A DNA stretch of 64,000 nucleotides, from the NCBI GenBank assembly GCA_020429915.1, contig JAGQKV010000015.1, positions 1,593 to 65,592 on the forward strand, given 5' to 3'. Source of the DNA: Candidatus Omnitrophota bacterium. Its GTDB lineage: Bacteria; Omnitrophota; Gorgyraeia; Zapsychrales; Zapsychraceae. The position numbers and the translations under genes were made by a program. The notes beneath the pieces are model-generated. The model had not been told where the DNA came from and did not search any database. It was given only the letters and a program-made list of their open reading frames with translations. The stretch's first letter is position 1, and each line of letters begins with the position of its first letter. Shown one piece after another: positions 27,665 through 37,399 of the stretch.

Positions 27665-27878
27665 GCGGACCCTGCCTTTTTTGCATACGGCGAACCAGAG
27701 AGAACAGGACGAAAAAGATGATGAACGGCAGTGACAAGAAAAGACCGACGGGCCAAATGATCTTCAATAGGTACCCCTGGTCGTCGCGTCCCATACACGA
27801 CGGGCACGCCGCGGCCAATTGCGGAAAGGCCAGCAAGCAGGCCGTGGTGCCTGTCATCAGAAAAGAACGTCGCGCCAT
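27654..27878 (-). CDS. Small exported membrane protein with a CPSC motif
   Basis: 74 aa. Signal peptide, then CPSCMG, then a C-terminal TM helix. It lies between the subunit IV and SCO-like genes and overlaps the latter's start. Confidence 0.45.
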   Translation of the reverse strand: MARRSFLMTGTTACLLAFPQLAAACPSCMGRDDQGYLLKIIWPVGLFLSLPFIIFFVLFSLVRRMQKRQGPHEA

Positions 27879-27879
27879 T

Positions 27880-28161
27880 TCAATAAATCATTTGGTAAGG
27901 AAGGTCATACATTAACGATACGCAAAACAGGACGGCCAGCGGGATCGGCACGCACACCGCAATCTTCAGCGCCTTGGTCTCATAGCGCAAATGCATGTAG
28001 ACCATGGCGACGAGAATCATCTTGGTCGAGGCAAAGGCGAGCAGCATCGCCACCTGCGCGCTTTTCGGCACAGGCAGACTGTTCACTCCCAGTTCCAGCA
28101 CCGTCAGGACGGTCAGCCAGATCGCGTTCACGATATAGAGTTTTTTATGATCCGTGGACAT
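27880..28161 (-). CDS. Cytochrome c oxidase subunit IV (prokaryotic small subunit)
   Basis: 93 aa with 3 TM helices. Position and size match bacterial aa3/caa3 subunit IV. Confidence 0.7.
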   Translation of the reverse strand: MSTDHKKLYIVNAIWLTVLTVLELGVNSLPVPKSAQVAMLLAFASTKMILVAMVYMHLRYETKALKIAVCVPIPLAVLFCVSLMYDLPYQMIY

Positions 28162-28176
28162 GGATGCTTCCCTCCT

Positions 28177-28809
28177 TTAAATCAGGTAAATGACGGTGAA
28201 AACCAGAATCCAGATCAGATCGACGAAGTGCCAGTAGAGCCCGAGGATTTCGACCTTGTCGTAATCCTGCGAAGAGTACCGCCCTCTCATGGCGGCCATC
28301 AGGATGCAGAAGATGTAAATCACCCCGGAGAAAACGTGCAATCCGTGATAACAGGTGGTCACGTAAAACGCGCCCGCGTACACACTGGAGGTGGTCAGGA
28401 ACTTCGTCCCGCTCATTCCGGCCTTGGCCAACTGTTCGCCGAGATGTTCGCTGCCCATGATGAAATGTGTGTACTCATAAACTTGAATGCCCAGAAAGAT
28501 CATGCCGCCGAGCATCGTCAACAACAGGAACTTGACGAGCCCTTTCTGATCGTCACGCTGCACCGAATTCAGGGCCATGACCATGGTAAAACTCGTGCAG
28601 ATCAGCAGAAACGTGTTGAACGCGGTCAACGGAATATTCAGAACCGTTCCCGGCTCGGGCCATGAAGCCGCGCCGGCGCGCAACGCGGCCCCGCCGATAA
28701 GCAATGTCCCGAAACTGAGCCCGTCGATGAGGATAAACAGCCACATCCCGAGCTTCCCGGTGGTCGCGTCTCCCCAAACGTCTTTCCGGACAGACAAAGA
28801 TTGACTCAT
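28177..28809 (-). CDS. Cytochrome c oxidase subunit III
   Basis: 210 aa. Heme-copper oxidase subunit III family (…VYEYTHFIM…HGLHVFSGVIY…LYWHFVDLIWI). Confidence 0.88.
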   Translation of the reverse strand: MSQSLSVRKDVWGDATTGKLGMWLFILIDGLSFGTLLIGGAALRAGAASWPEPGTVLNIPLTAFNTFLLICTSFTMVMALNSVQRDDQKGLVKFLLLTMLGGMIFLGIQVYEYTHFIMGSEHLGEQLAKAGMSGTKFLTTSSVYAGAFYVTTCYHGLHVFSGVIYIFCILMAAMRGRYSSQDYDKVEILGLYWHFVDLIWILVFTVIYLI

Positions 28810-28820
28810 GCCTTCACTCC

Positions 28821-29534
28821 TTAATTTTGCGGTTTGCTAAACGTAAAAGTCAGCTCCTCGGTTCCGCCTTCCGTCAGCGATACCTTTACCTTTTGCGTGC
28901 CGAGCTTTTCATGCCACGCTTCGACTTCATACATACCCGCCGGCAGATTCTCAATGCTGAATTCACCGGTTGTTTCGGACACGTCGAAATACGGGTGTTC
29001 CATGACCGCGATAAATCCGTTCATCCACGGATGCACATCGCACTTCATTTTGACCATCACCTCGGGCTTGTCGAAAGTCCGGGTGATTTTCTTCCTGAAC
29101 TTCGGCATGGCGATATTGAACTCATCATTGACCTCGGCCACCGCATGAACGTTGTGCAGCGTCCCGTCGGGATTGAGGATGTCGATGGGTTGATTGACCA
29201 TCACGCCCATCACGTGCGGATGGTACAAACATCCTTGCTGATCCAATACGGCGGCTTCGGCCGGGGCCGGATAGGCCTTCTTCGGCACCCCGCTGATCAC
29301 CCGGACAAAGACGTTCGCCAAGGTATTGCCTTCCCCTAACACCAGAAAATCCGGTGAGACCGGGTCGGCATGTTTGGTCAGGCAGATCGGATCGGCGTCC
29401 ATCTTGATCGGCCGGAGCTTGGGAACCGTACCCTCGTATATGGCCTTTCCCTTTATGGTCGCGGCCTGCGCGGAGGTCGTCACCATAACAGCAAAAATCG
29501 TTGTCAACAAAATGGGGATGTTACGTGTACTCAT
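28821..29534 (-). CDS. Exported beta-sandwich protein with a candidate type-1 (blue) copper ligand set; possible electron donor for the oxidase
   Basis: Start at the internal Met (MSTRNIPILLTTIFAVMVTTSAQA; cat at 29532-29534). It contains C-x2-H-x2-M (KMKCDVHPWM), like the amicyanin CTPHPFM ligand loop, plus upstream His residues (LYHPHVMGVM). The C-terminal segment resembles a carboxypeptidase-regulatory-like beta-sandwich (GEFSIENLPAGMYEVEAWHEKLG). The functional call is tentative. Confidence 0.45.
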   Translation of the reverse strand: MSTRNIPILLTTIFAVMVTTSAQAATIKGKAIYEGTVPKLRPIKMDADPICLTKHADPVSPDFLVLGEGNTLANVFVRVISGVPKKAYPAPAEAAVLDQQGCLYHPHVMGVMVNQPIDILNPDGTLHNVHAVAEVNDEFNIAMPKFRKKITRTFDKPEVMVKMKCDVHPWMNGFIAVMEHPYFDVSETTGEFSIENLPAGMYEVEAWHEKLGTQKVKVSLTEGGTEELTFTFSKPQN

Positions 29535-29548
29535 GTTACTTCTCCTTT

Positions 29549-30127
29549 CTAATGAATCACAAAAATCACGGTGTAGAAAACACACCAAATAATCGTCAGA
29601 AAATGCCAAAACCAGCCCACCAAGACCAGCGGCGTTTTCTCCTCAGTCGTTATTATACGGCGGCGCGTACGTAATGCCAGCCAAAATACGGCGGCCATGG
29701 CTCCCAGCACATGCACGGCGTGCAGACCGGTCATCGCGAAAATCGACGACGCCGAAATACTTGTTGCCAGGCGGATCCCTTCGCCGGCCAGCGTCTGCCA
29801 CAGCCAGAACTGCATGGCGCCGAATACGGCTCCACAGGCCAATGTGCCCCACAGGTACCGGTTGACGTCTTCGGGCCGCGATCCACCTACGGCGCGTACC
29901 GCCATCTTGTAAAAAACGCTGCTCAATAACAGGATCAATGTATTCGCCGTGGCCTGTATGAACGGTCGGTCACCCGCCCCAAACGAATACCAGTGTGTGG
30001 CCTGGACCCGCAGGACCGTATAGCCGAACAATGCCGTGGCAAAAAGCATCGACCAGGACGCCAAGGCGATCATCATGCCCAGTTGTGCCGTTTGCTGTTT
30101 TTCTTGCGGAGGGATTATTACTGTCAT
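29549..30127 (-). CDS. Second heme-copper oxidase subunit III-family protein (paralogue)
   Basis: 192-aa polytopic protein with subunit-III-like C-terminal helices (HAVHVLGAMAAVFWLALR...WHFLTIIW). It lies directly downstream of subunit I. Confidence 0.7.
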   Translation of the reverse strand: MTVIIPPQEKQQTAQLGMMIALASWSMLFATALFGYTVLRVQATHWYSFGAGDRPFIQATANTLILLLSSVFYKMAVRAVGGSRPEDVNRYLWGTLACGAVFGAMQFWLWQTLAGEGIRLATSISASSIFAMTGLHAVHVLGAMAAVFWLALRTRRRIITTEEKTPLVLVGWFWHFLTIIWCVFYTVIFVIH

Positions 30128-30134
30128 GAATAAA

Positions 30135-31892
30135 CTACGATGCGGCGGTTAGCTTCTCGGTTTGTGAGATCCAGTCGCGGCCTTGAATGGCCGGGTTGCT
30201 GTACTCATGCGGACCGGTGTAAACCGTCGGCATTTGAGCGAAATTACCGTGTGGAATCGGATAATCCACGGTCCACTCAATCGTGGCCGCGTTCCACGGA
30301 TTCCGTTCGGCCTTCTTCCCTTTCATTAGAGACCAGATGAGATTGACCACCAGCACAACCTGAGCCGCGCCGAGCAGCCAGGCCCACCAGCTGATCTGTG
30401 TGTTCAGCGGTTTCAGGTTCTGGAGGAATTCATAAATGTAGGGATCGTACAGCCGACGGTGCTGCCCGGCGTATCCGGTGACCATCATATTGTAGAAGAC
30501 AATATTCAGCGGAATAAACGTTCCCCAAAAATGGATCTTGCCCAACAGCGGATTGAGCATTTTACCGAACATTTTCGGAAACCAGAAGTACAAAGCGGCG
30601 TAAGACCCCATTAAGACACTCGCCGCCAAGGTATAATGAAAATGCCCCACAACAAACATCGAATCGTGGAGATAGATGTCGGAGGTGACCGTCGCCAAAT
30701 ACAGGCCGGTCAAACCGCCGATACCGAAGACAAAGACCACCGACAACGCGAAGAGCATCGGTGCACGCAATTGCAAGGACCCCTTCCAGAGAGTGCCCAG
30801 CCAATTGAGGAAAAAGACCGATGACGGAATACTGATCAGCAGCGTCAAAAACATGAAGGCCTTGCCCAACAACGGACTCATCCCCGTCGTGTACATGTGA
30901 TGCCCCCACACGATCGCGCTGAGACAGGTAATGATGCACATGCAGGTGGCGGTGACCCGGTAACCGAAGGCCGGTTTGCGGGAAAAAACCGATAGCAAGT
31001 CCGAGACGATGCCCCAGATCGGCAGGATCAAGATGTAAACCTCAGGGTGCCCGAAAATCCAGAACACATGCTGGTACAGCAAGGGGTCGCCGCCTTCCAC
31101 GGTCGCCTTGGAACCGGCAATAAAGAATTGTGTCCCGAAGACGTTTTCCAGCAGCAGGAAAATCAGACCGGCGGCGATGATCGGCACGAATACCGCGTTC
31201 AGAATCGCGGCCAACCAGATCCCCCACACGGTCAACGGCATTTGAAAATACCCCATGCCCGGCGCGCGCATGCGGATCACGGTCGTCACGTAGTTGATCG
31301 CGCCCATGATGACAGCGATCCCCATCAGCGTCAGGGACAGCGCCCATAGAGCCTGTCCGTGTCCGGCGATACCGCCGACGGGAGTACTCAACGGCGGGTA
31401 GGACGTCCACCCGGCCGCGGCCGGTCCGGCCGGCAGAAAATGCGAGGCCAACAGGATGACGCCCGACAGGAAGAACGTCCAGAACGAAAACATGTTCAGC
31501 ACAGGGAACGCCATGTCGCGGGCGCCGATCTGCAACGGGATGACAAAATTGGCAAAGGCCCCGCTGAGCAGGGGTGTCACCGCCCAGAAAATCATAATCG
31601 TTCCGTGCATCGTGAAGATCTGGTTATAGATATCCGGGGTGATGATGCCGTCCGAGGCACCGAAGAGCAGCTTTCCGATAATCGGGACGGGCTGTCCGGA
31701 GTACGCCAGCTGCCAGCGGATGAGCATGGCCTGCAACCCGCCCCATAGCAGCCAAAAGGTCCCGAACCATAGGAACTGAATCCCGATCATTTTGTGATCG
31801 GTGCTGAAAATGTATTTGGTTATAAAGGATTGTTTGTGCGCCGTTCCGTCAGACATATAACTCTCTCCCCTTTTTATATTTTCTTGTTCCAC
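30135..31892 (-). CDS. ctaD: Cytochrome c oxidase subunit I
   Basis: 585 aa. Canonical heme-copper oxidase subunit I (FTMHGTIMIFWAVTPLLSGAFANFVIPLQIGARDMAFP...), with the CuB and heme His ligands in context. Confidence 0.95.
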   Translation of the reverse strand: MEQENIKRGESYMSDGTAHKQSFITKYIFSTDHKMIGIQFLWFGTFWLLWGGLQAMLIRWQLAYSGQPVPIIGKLLFGASDGIITPDIYNQIFTMHGTIMIFWAVTPLLSGAFANFVIPLQIGARDMAFPVLNMFSFWTFFLSGVILLASHFLPAGPAAAGWTSYPPLSTPVGGIAGHGQALWALSLTLMGIAVIMGAINYVTTVIRMRAPGMGYFQMPLTVWGIWLAAILNAVFVPIIAAGLIFLLLENVFGTQFFIAGSKATVEGGDPLLYQHVFWIFGHPEVYILILPIWGIVSDLLSVFSRKPAFGYRVTATCMCIITCLSAIVWGHHMYTTGMSPLLGKAFMFLTLLISIPSSVFFLNWLGTLWKGSLQLRAPMLFALSVVFVFGIGGLTGLYLATVTSDIYLHDSMFVVGHFHYTLAASVLMGSYAALYFWFPKMFGKMLNPLLGKIHFWGTFIPLNIVFYNMMVTGYAGQHRRLYDPYIYEFLQNLKPLNTQISWWAWLLGAAQVVLVVNLIWSLMKGKKAERNPWNAATIEWTVDYPIPHGNFAQMPTVYTGPHEYSNPAIQGRDWISQTEKLTAAS

Positions 31893-32695
31893 GGCCAGCC
31901 CCAGTCTTGCGGGACCCCGCTGTCATCCTCTTCCTCACCCCAGTCACTCCAGTCGTCGGTTTCTTCCTGCTCCTGACGAAGTTCTTCGAGCCAGGCTCGA
32001 AAGTCCTCCGGTGAATCGACGGTAAGGAATCCGCGCATCCGGTAATGTCCGTTCCCGCACAGTTCGGCGCAGGCGATCTCGAACTTTCCGCTTTCCTTGG
32101 CCTGAAACCAAAAAGAGGTGATCATGCCGGGAGTCGCATCCTGTTTGATACGAAAGTGGGGGATATAAAAGGTATGAATAACGTCCATCGGAGCCATCTG
32201 CACCACCACCGGCGTGTCGACCGGGATATGCATTTGGTTCTGCGGGGCGATGATATCGTCATCGGTGGCGAAATATCCGTCCGGACCGGCGTAGCGGATA
32301 TTCCAGGCGAACTGTTGAGGCATCACTTCCACGCGCACGACATTTGCGCCCTTGGGAAAATTCCAGAAGGCCTCCTTGAGATCCTTGAAGGCCATCGCCT
32401 CAATTACCGCGTCAATGGAGAAAAATACGGTAAAACCCAGGACCACCGTCGCTACGATATATATTTTCTTGTCACCGCGTTCATAAACCGCCTTGTGCCC
32501 GGGCCGCGCCCGGTAACGAACGATGAAATACACCAATGACAGGACAACGACCGCCATATAAATCGCGACCACTGTATCGGTGTAATGAATGACCTTGTCG
32601 ATCCGGTATCCGTCCAACGAAACATCCTGCGGAGGCTTGATAAACCAGATACCGCTCAAGGCCGAGTGGATGAGGCTTTGGAAGAGAGTTCCCAT
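31874..32695 (-). CDS. ctaC: Cytochrome c oxidase subunit II (CuA; no fused cytochrome c domain)
   Basis: 273 aa. Two N-terminal TM helices. CuA ligands H...CAELCGNGHYRM. There is an acidic C-terminal tail and no CxxCH motif, so this is aa3-type, not caa3. Confidence 0.92.
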   Translation of the reverse strand: MGTLFQSLIHSALSGIWFIKPPQDVSLDGYRIDKVIHYTDTVVAIYMAVVVLSLVYFIVRYRARPGHKAVYERGDKKIYIVATVVLGFTVFFSIDAVIEAMAFKDLKEAFWNFPKGANVVRVEVMPQQFAWNIRYAGPDGYFATDDDIIAPQNQMHIPVDTPVVVQMAPMDVIHTFYIPHFRIKQDATPGMITSFWFQAKESGKFEIACAELCGNGHYRMRGFLTVDSPEDFRAWLEELRQEQEETDDWSDWGEEEDDSGVPQDWGWPWNKKI

Positions 32696-32807
32696 AACGC
32701 CCTTTTCTCCTTTCGAATACGGTCAGGTTATAAATTTTGGCATATTATATATAAATACTATTAATATTTGTATCCGGGAAACTACTTAGGATGGAAACGG
32801 GAGTATT

Positions 32808-34442
32808 TCAGGAGACGGCCGCGCTGCTTTGGTAGAGTTCCTGCCGGCGCTTCTTGATGGTCTCATCGGCGAGGTACTCGTCAAACGTGATTCCCTGCTT
32901 GTCGATATAGCCGACCGGGGTGATTTCAATAATCCGGTTGGCCACGGTCTGGACCAGTTCGTGATCATGCGACGAGAACAGGATGGTGCCGTTAAACTTG
33001 CTCATGCCGGAGTTCAGGGCCGTAATGGACTCAAGGTCAAGGTGGTTGGTGGGTTCATCAAAAATCAGGACGTTGGCCTGGGCCATCATCATCCGCGACA
33101 ACATGCAGCGGACTTTCTCACCTCCGGAGAGGACGGTCACGCTCTTCTGGGATTCCTCTCCCGAAAAGAGCATCCGGCCGAGAAAACCGCGGATATACTG
33201 CTCATCCTGCTCGGTGGAAAACTGGCGGAGCCAGTCGACGACGATCAAATCCCGCGAAAAGTACCTGTCATTTTCCTTGGGAAAATAGGCCTGCGAAGTG
33301 GTCGCCCCCCATTTGAAGGATCCTTTGTCCGGCTTCTCTTCGCCCGTTAACACCTCAAACAGGGTGGTCTTGGAAAGGTCGTTGCGGCCCACGAAGGCCA
33401 CTTTATCCCCCTTTTCAATAGTGATCGTGAGGTCCTTGAACATCGGCTGACCATCGATGGACTTGCTGAGATGATCGATATGCAACAGATCGTTGCCGGC
33501 CTCGCGCTCGGACTCAAACCCTATATAAGGGTACTTGCGGGAAGAGGGCTTGATATCGTTGAGGGTCAGATTTTCCAGGATCTTTTTGCGTGAGGTGGCC
33601 TGTCGGGACTTGGACGCATTGGCGCTGAACCGGGCGATAAAATTCTGCAGCTCCTTGCGTTTGTCCTCAATCTTCTTATTGGACTCCTGTTTCTGCCGCA
33701 TGGCCAGTTCGCTGGATTGCTGCCAGAAGGAATAGTTTCCCGGATAGAGCTGAATCTTGCCGAAATCGATGTCACAGATGTGCGTGCACACCTTGTCGAG
33801 AAAATGCCGGTCGTGCGAGACTACGATCGCGAGATTCGGAAAATCGATCAGAAAGTCTTCCAGCCACATCGATGTCTCGACATCCAGCTGGTTCGTGGGC
33901 TCATCCAGAAGCAATATATCCGGGGCTCCGAACAATGCCTGCGCCAACAGAACCTTGACCTTCTGACTCCCCTCCAACTGCTTCATTTTCAGTGAGTGCA
34001 GGTCTTCGCCGATACCCACGTCCGAAAGCAGTTTGGCCGCATCGCTTTCCGCGTTCCAGCCGTCGAGTTCGGCAAACTCCCCTTCCAGCTCAGAGGCGCG
34101 GATCCCGTCTTCATCCGAAAAATCGGGCTTGGCGTAGAGTGCGTCTTTTTCGGTCATAACCGCGTACAGCCGCTTGTGCCCTATGAGGACCGTGGTCAAC
34201 ACCTCGTACTCGTCATAGGCGAACTGGTCCTGCCTGAGGACGGACATGCGCTTGCCGTCCCCGATGCTCACGTCACCGGTCGTCGACTCAATGTCCCCGG
34301 ACAAAATCTTCAGAAATGTCGATTTTCCCGAACCGTTGGCACCGATCAATCCGTAACAGTTGCCGGGGGAAAACGTGATATTGACCCCGTCAAAGAGTTT
34401 ACGCGATCCGTACTGCAGACCGATATTGTTTACCGAAATCAT
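32808..34442 (-). CDS. ABC-F family ATPase (tandem ABC domains; EttA/Uup/YheS-like)
   Basis: 544 aa. Two Walker A motifs (GANGSGKST; an internal second NBD), a linker with a charged coiled region, and no TMD. Confidence 0.88.
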   Translation of the reverse strand: MISVNNIGLQYGSRKLFDGVNITFSPGNCYGLIGANGSGKSTFLKILSGDIESTTGDVSIGDGKRMSVLRQDQFAYDEYEVLTTVLIGHKRLYAVMTEKDALYAKPDFSDEDGIRASELEGEFAELDGWNAESDAAKLLSDVGIGEDLHSLKMKQLEGSQKVKVLLAQALFGAPDILLLDEPTNQLDVETSMWLEDFLIDFPNLAIVVSHDRHFLDKVCTHICDIDFGKIQLYPGNYSFWQQSSELAMRQKQESNKKIEDKRKELQNFIARFSANASKSRQATSRKKILENLTLNDIKPSSRKYPYIGFESEREAGNDLLHIDHLSKSIDGQPMFKDLTITIEKGDKVAFVGRNDLSKTTLFEVLTGEEKPDKGSFKWGATTSQAYFPKENDRYFSRDLIVVDWLRQFSTEQDEQYIRGFLGRMLFSGEESQKSVTVLSGGEKVRCMLSRMMMAQANVLIFDEPTNHLDLESITALNSGMSKFNGTILFSSHDHELVQTVANRIIEITPVGYIDKQGITFDEYLADETIKKRRQELYQSSAAVS

Positions 34443-34535
34443 AATAAAGTCTCCGTAGGCTGTATCGGGGGGGCATTATAACACAGGATGGAAATCCGGA
34501 CAGGCTTTTTTTGCCGGGTTGCAACCCGCTGCCGG

Positions 34536-36335
34536 TCAAATCTTTTCGCTGAAAATCTGCAGATTTTCCTGCATCCGGAGCAGCAACCGCGACTTCATGG
34601 TGCGGCCGTGCAGTTCCCCGTCCCGGATGGGATGCCACTTACCCGGGACCAGGACCTGAGACTGAATGAAACGTTCGATCGCGGCCTGCAGTTCATTGAC
34701 GTCGATCTTGCGCCTGACCTTGATCGCTTCGTTGACGATCCAGGTCAGACCGTCACCGGTCTTACGAAACTGGTGATTGATGACCTCGGAACGTTCGGCG
34801 ATACGCTTCATAATACTGCGGGTATTACCGCCGGCGACGCGGATCAACCGGTTGTAGCGTTGCTGGAATTCCACGGCCTTACGGCGGCGGTAGTCGTTCA
34901 GTTCCAGGTCCGCCTCCCCGGCGTACGACGCGGCCATGATCTTGCAGAAATCCTCTTCGTCCATAATCGGCCATTTCCCGGCTTCGTAGTGATGCAGGAC
35001 AAACACCGGCAGCAGGCGCAGGATATGCCGGACTAAAAACACCGGCGGATGGTCGATGCCGTCGGGGACCGGACCCTCTCCGGCCGCAGTCTTGATGTGT
35101 TCGAAGTAGTTGAGGACCTTGCGGAAATCTTCCACCCGGTCGGGGTATCGCTTCAGCAGGCGATCACACTGCGCGTGCGTGAAGCCGACGCGCCACAGCA
35201 TGCGGCGATTGCGTTCGCTGCGAAAGTGGGCGTCGAAAATTTCCAGGACCGGATGCTCGTCATAATCCTCCAACGGCTTTTTTTCACGGGTGACGATGAA
35301 ATCCGTCATCTGAATAAAGGTCTGGATGATCTTCCGCGCCCAGTAGCGCTGCTCGGTCAGGGTCGTCGAAAAACGGTCGACATCCTCATAACGGTATTTG
35401 TTGTGCTTCGCCGCGAACTGGCGGATCGACCCGTAATCCAGGATCGCGCCGCTGGCCAGCATGTTGTCGCCGTCCCACGCCAGCCAATTGAAGATATACT
35501 CCTCCTCCATGACGGCCGCCAGCCGCGCGTGCGTGCGGGTGATATACTCGAGCGCGCGCCAGTAGCGTCCCGGCGCGCTCTTGGGAAGCTCGTACACACC
35601 GTTGGCCTCCTGCCGCTGGAGAAAGTAATCGAAGGACCGTTTCAGCTCAGGGAGCTGCCCGGTCTTGAGATAACGGAACAAGTGCGCGGGACGAATCAGA
35701 TTGGGCGCGGTGCGCACACCCAGACCGGTCTTGTCCGGATATTCAATCACCGTCAGACAGCGCTCGGTAGGATATCCTTCCCGGTAAAAAATTTCCGACA
35801 TGATGGCACTGCCGAGCATCTCGTCGAGATCGGCCAGCCCCGAGGCATATCCCAATTCGTCGCTGCCGGTCGGGATCGGCCGGTCCGTTTGCTGGGCCCC
35901 CGGAGACAGGATCGTCACCCCGGTGCCGCAACTGGAAATATCGTAGGTCTTCGAACGGGTCTTGATGCATCCGTTCCAGATGCTGCGGCCGTCACCGGAT
36001 GTTTCGCCGCGTTTATTGTCGTGCTGGATCTGCAGATAACGCGTTGCCATGTACAGGCGGTCTTCGTATCCGTCTTTGGGAAAACGGCGCCGGTTGGCCC
36101 AATCGTATTCGTTGAGGATCTGCAGGGAAAAAGTCTTGAGAATGACCTGCTCGAGATTCTTGGTGATACGGCGGGTATGGTCCTTGGGAATCAGTCCCAG
36201 TTCACGGGCGAGGGGAAAATTGAAATAGATCACCCGGCCGCCGGGACGATAGCGGACCGGATAGTCGATATAGCCCTCCGGACTTACATCCCGCCAGGGA
36301 TGCGTACCGTCGATCTGATCAAACTTTTCATACAT
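34536..36335 (-). CDS. Divergent SelO/YdiU (UPF0061)-family protein adenylyltransferase-like pseudokinase
   Basis: 599 aa. GDGRSI (cf. SelO GDGRA(I/V)). SSCGTGVT...LGSAIMSEIFYREGYPTERCL (cf. KGAGLTPYS...LRSSIRE..A.EAMH.LGIPTTR). The catalytic-loop region WDGDNMLASGAILDYGSI aligns with SelO [23 protein letters not shown]. Confidence 0.5.
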   Translation of the reverse strand: MYEKFDQIDGTHPWRDVSPEGYIDYPVRYRPGGRVIYFNFPLARELGLIPKDHTRRITKNLEQVILKTFSLQILNEYDWANRRRFPKDGYEDRLYMATRYLQIQHDNKRGETSGDGRSIWNGCIKTRSKTYDISSCGTGVTILSPGAQQTDRPIPTGSDELGYASGLADLDEMLGSAIMSEIFYREGYPTERCLTVIEYPDKTGLGVRTAPNLIRPAHLFRYLKTGQLPELKRSFDYFLQRQEANGVYELPKSAPGRYWRALEYITRTHARLAAVMEEEYIFNWLAWDGDNMLASGAILDYGSIRQFAAKHNKYRYEDVDRFSTTLTEQRYWARKIIQTFIQMTDFIVTREKKPLEDYDEHPVLEIFDAHFRSERNRRMLWRVGFTHAQCDRLLKRYPDRVEDFRKVLNYFEHIKTAAGEGPVPDGIDHPPVFLVRHILRLLPVFVLHHYEAGKWPIMDEEDFCKIMAASYAGEADLELNDYRRRKAVEFQQRYNRLIRVAGGNTRSIMKRIAERSEVINHQFRKTGDGLTWIVNEAIKVRRKIDVNELQAAIERFIQSQVLVPGKWHPIRDGELHGRTMKSRLLLRMQENLQIFSEKI

Positions 36336-36341
36336 AAATCC

Positions 36342-36798
36342 TTATTGAACTTTGAAATCTGCCGAATCGGCGATGACATATCCGCCGATCTTCCAGGGGC
36401 CGCCGTTCATGCGCACCGGGGAAAGCGTCTCGATCGCCCGCGGTTTATTTTCGAACTCGGACTGAAACTGGATCACCGTCATCTCCAGGCCGGGATGATT
36501 GGGGATTTTTCCGAAGTAGCCCGAGTCAAATACCTCACGGGATTTGACCTCGCCCAAGGGGGACCGCTCGCGGCGCATCTCTTCCAGCCATTCCTCGCGG
36601 TCGACTTTGCCCTGAAAGAGCGGATGGGATTGGTTCCATCCCTCTTCGTACAAGCCCGCGTCCATCACCGCCAACCACACCAGCGTGGCCTCCAGCGTAG
36701 CCGGATCGACCTCTTTCTTTTGCGTCCATGCCGTGGTGGCGGTCAGCGTTAACACACTCACGCACAAGACCGCCACGCTCATCATCACTCGTCGCATC
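36342..36798 (-). CDS. Hypothetical secreted protein
   Basis: Start at the internal Met (MRRVMMSVAVLCVSVLTLTATTAWTQ; the cat was verified). ~150 aa. No family call. Confidence 0.45.
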
Positions 36799-37399
36799 AC
36801 AAAACCTCCGTCGTTTTCCACATCCGCGGTGCGGGGGCGCTGGACCGGCTCCTTTCGATTAACGCATTGATTCGCGGGAGCAGCAGCCCGGCGAGGAAAT
36901 CTCCGTCGCGGGCCTTGATCCGGCCACGGTCTTCGCCCTGGATCACCATATCCATCTCCCGGATGATCCGTTCCATGGCACCCACCATCCGGCCGGAGAC
37001 GATCCTGGCCCAGGCATAAACAATGGCGAAAAACAGCCACACCAGACCGAGCAGGTACGCGCCGCCGGTGTTCACCAGCGCGGTGCGCGTCAAATTCGGC
37101 GTTTGATTGATATACGTTATCAGCTCTCGCTGGCCGTAAAGGATAAGGATACTGCTGGCACTACAAAAAACAAACGTCGGGACCATGGTCATACACATGA
37201 TCGGTATCTGAAAGCGGTTGACCCGCATCAAATCGGCACGTCGCACGGGGTGGCGCATGCGTCCTCCTTGGAGTTGGTAACGATCGGGATCGGTTTGCGG
37301 TCGGTGTCATAACCTCGGGAAGCAGAATAAGTTATATTTTACAAGCAGACCGAAACGCGAACAAGTAAATTACTGAATAATTGACCGTCCGGACGGCGG

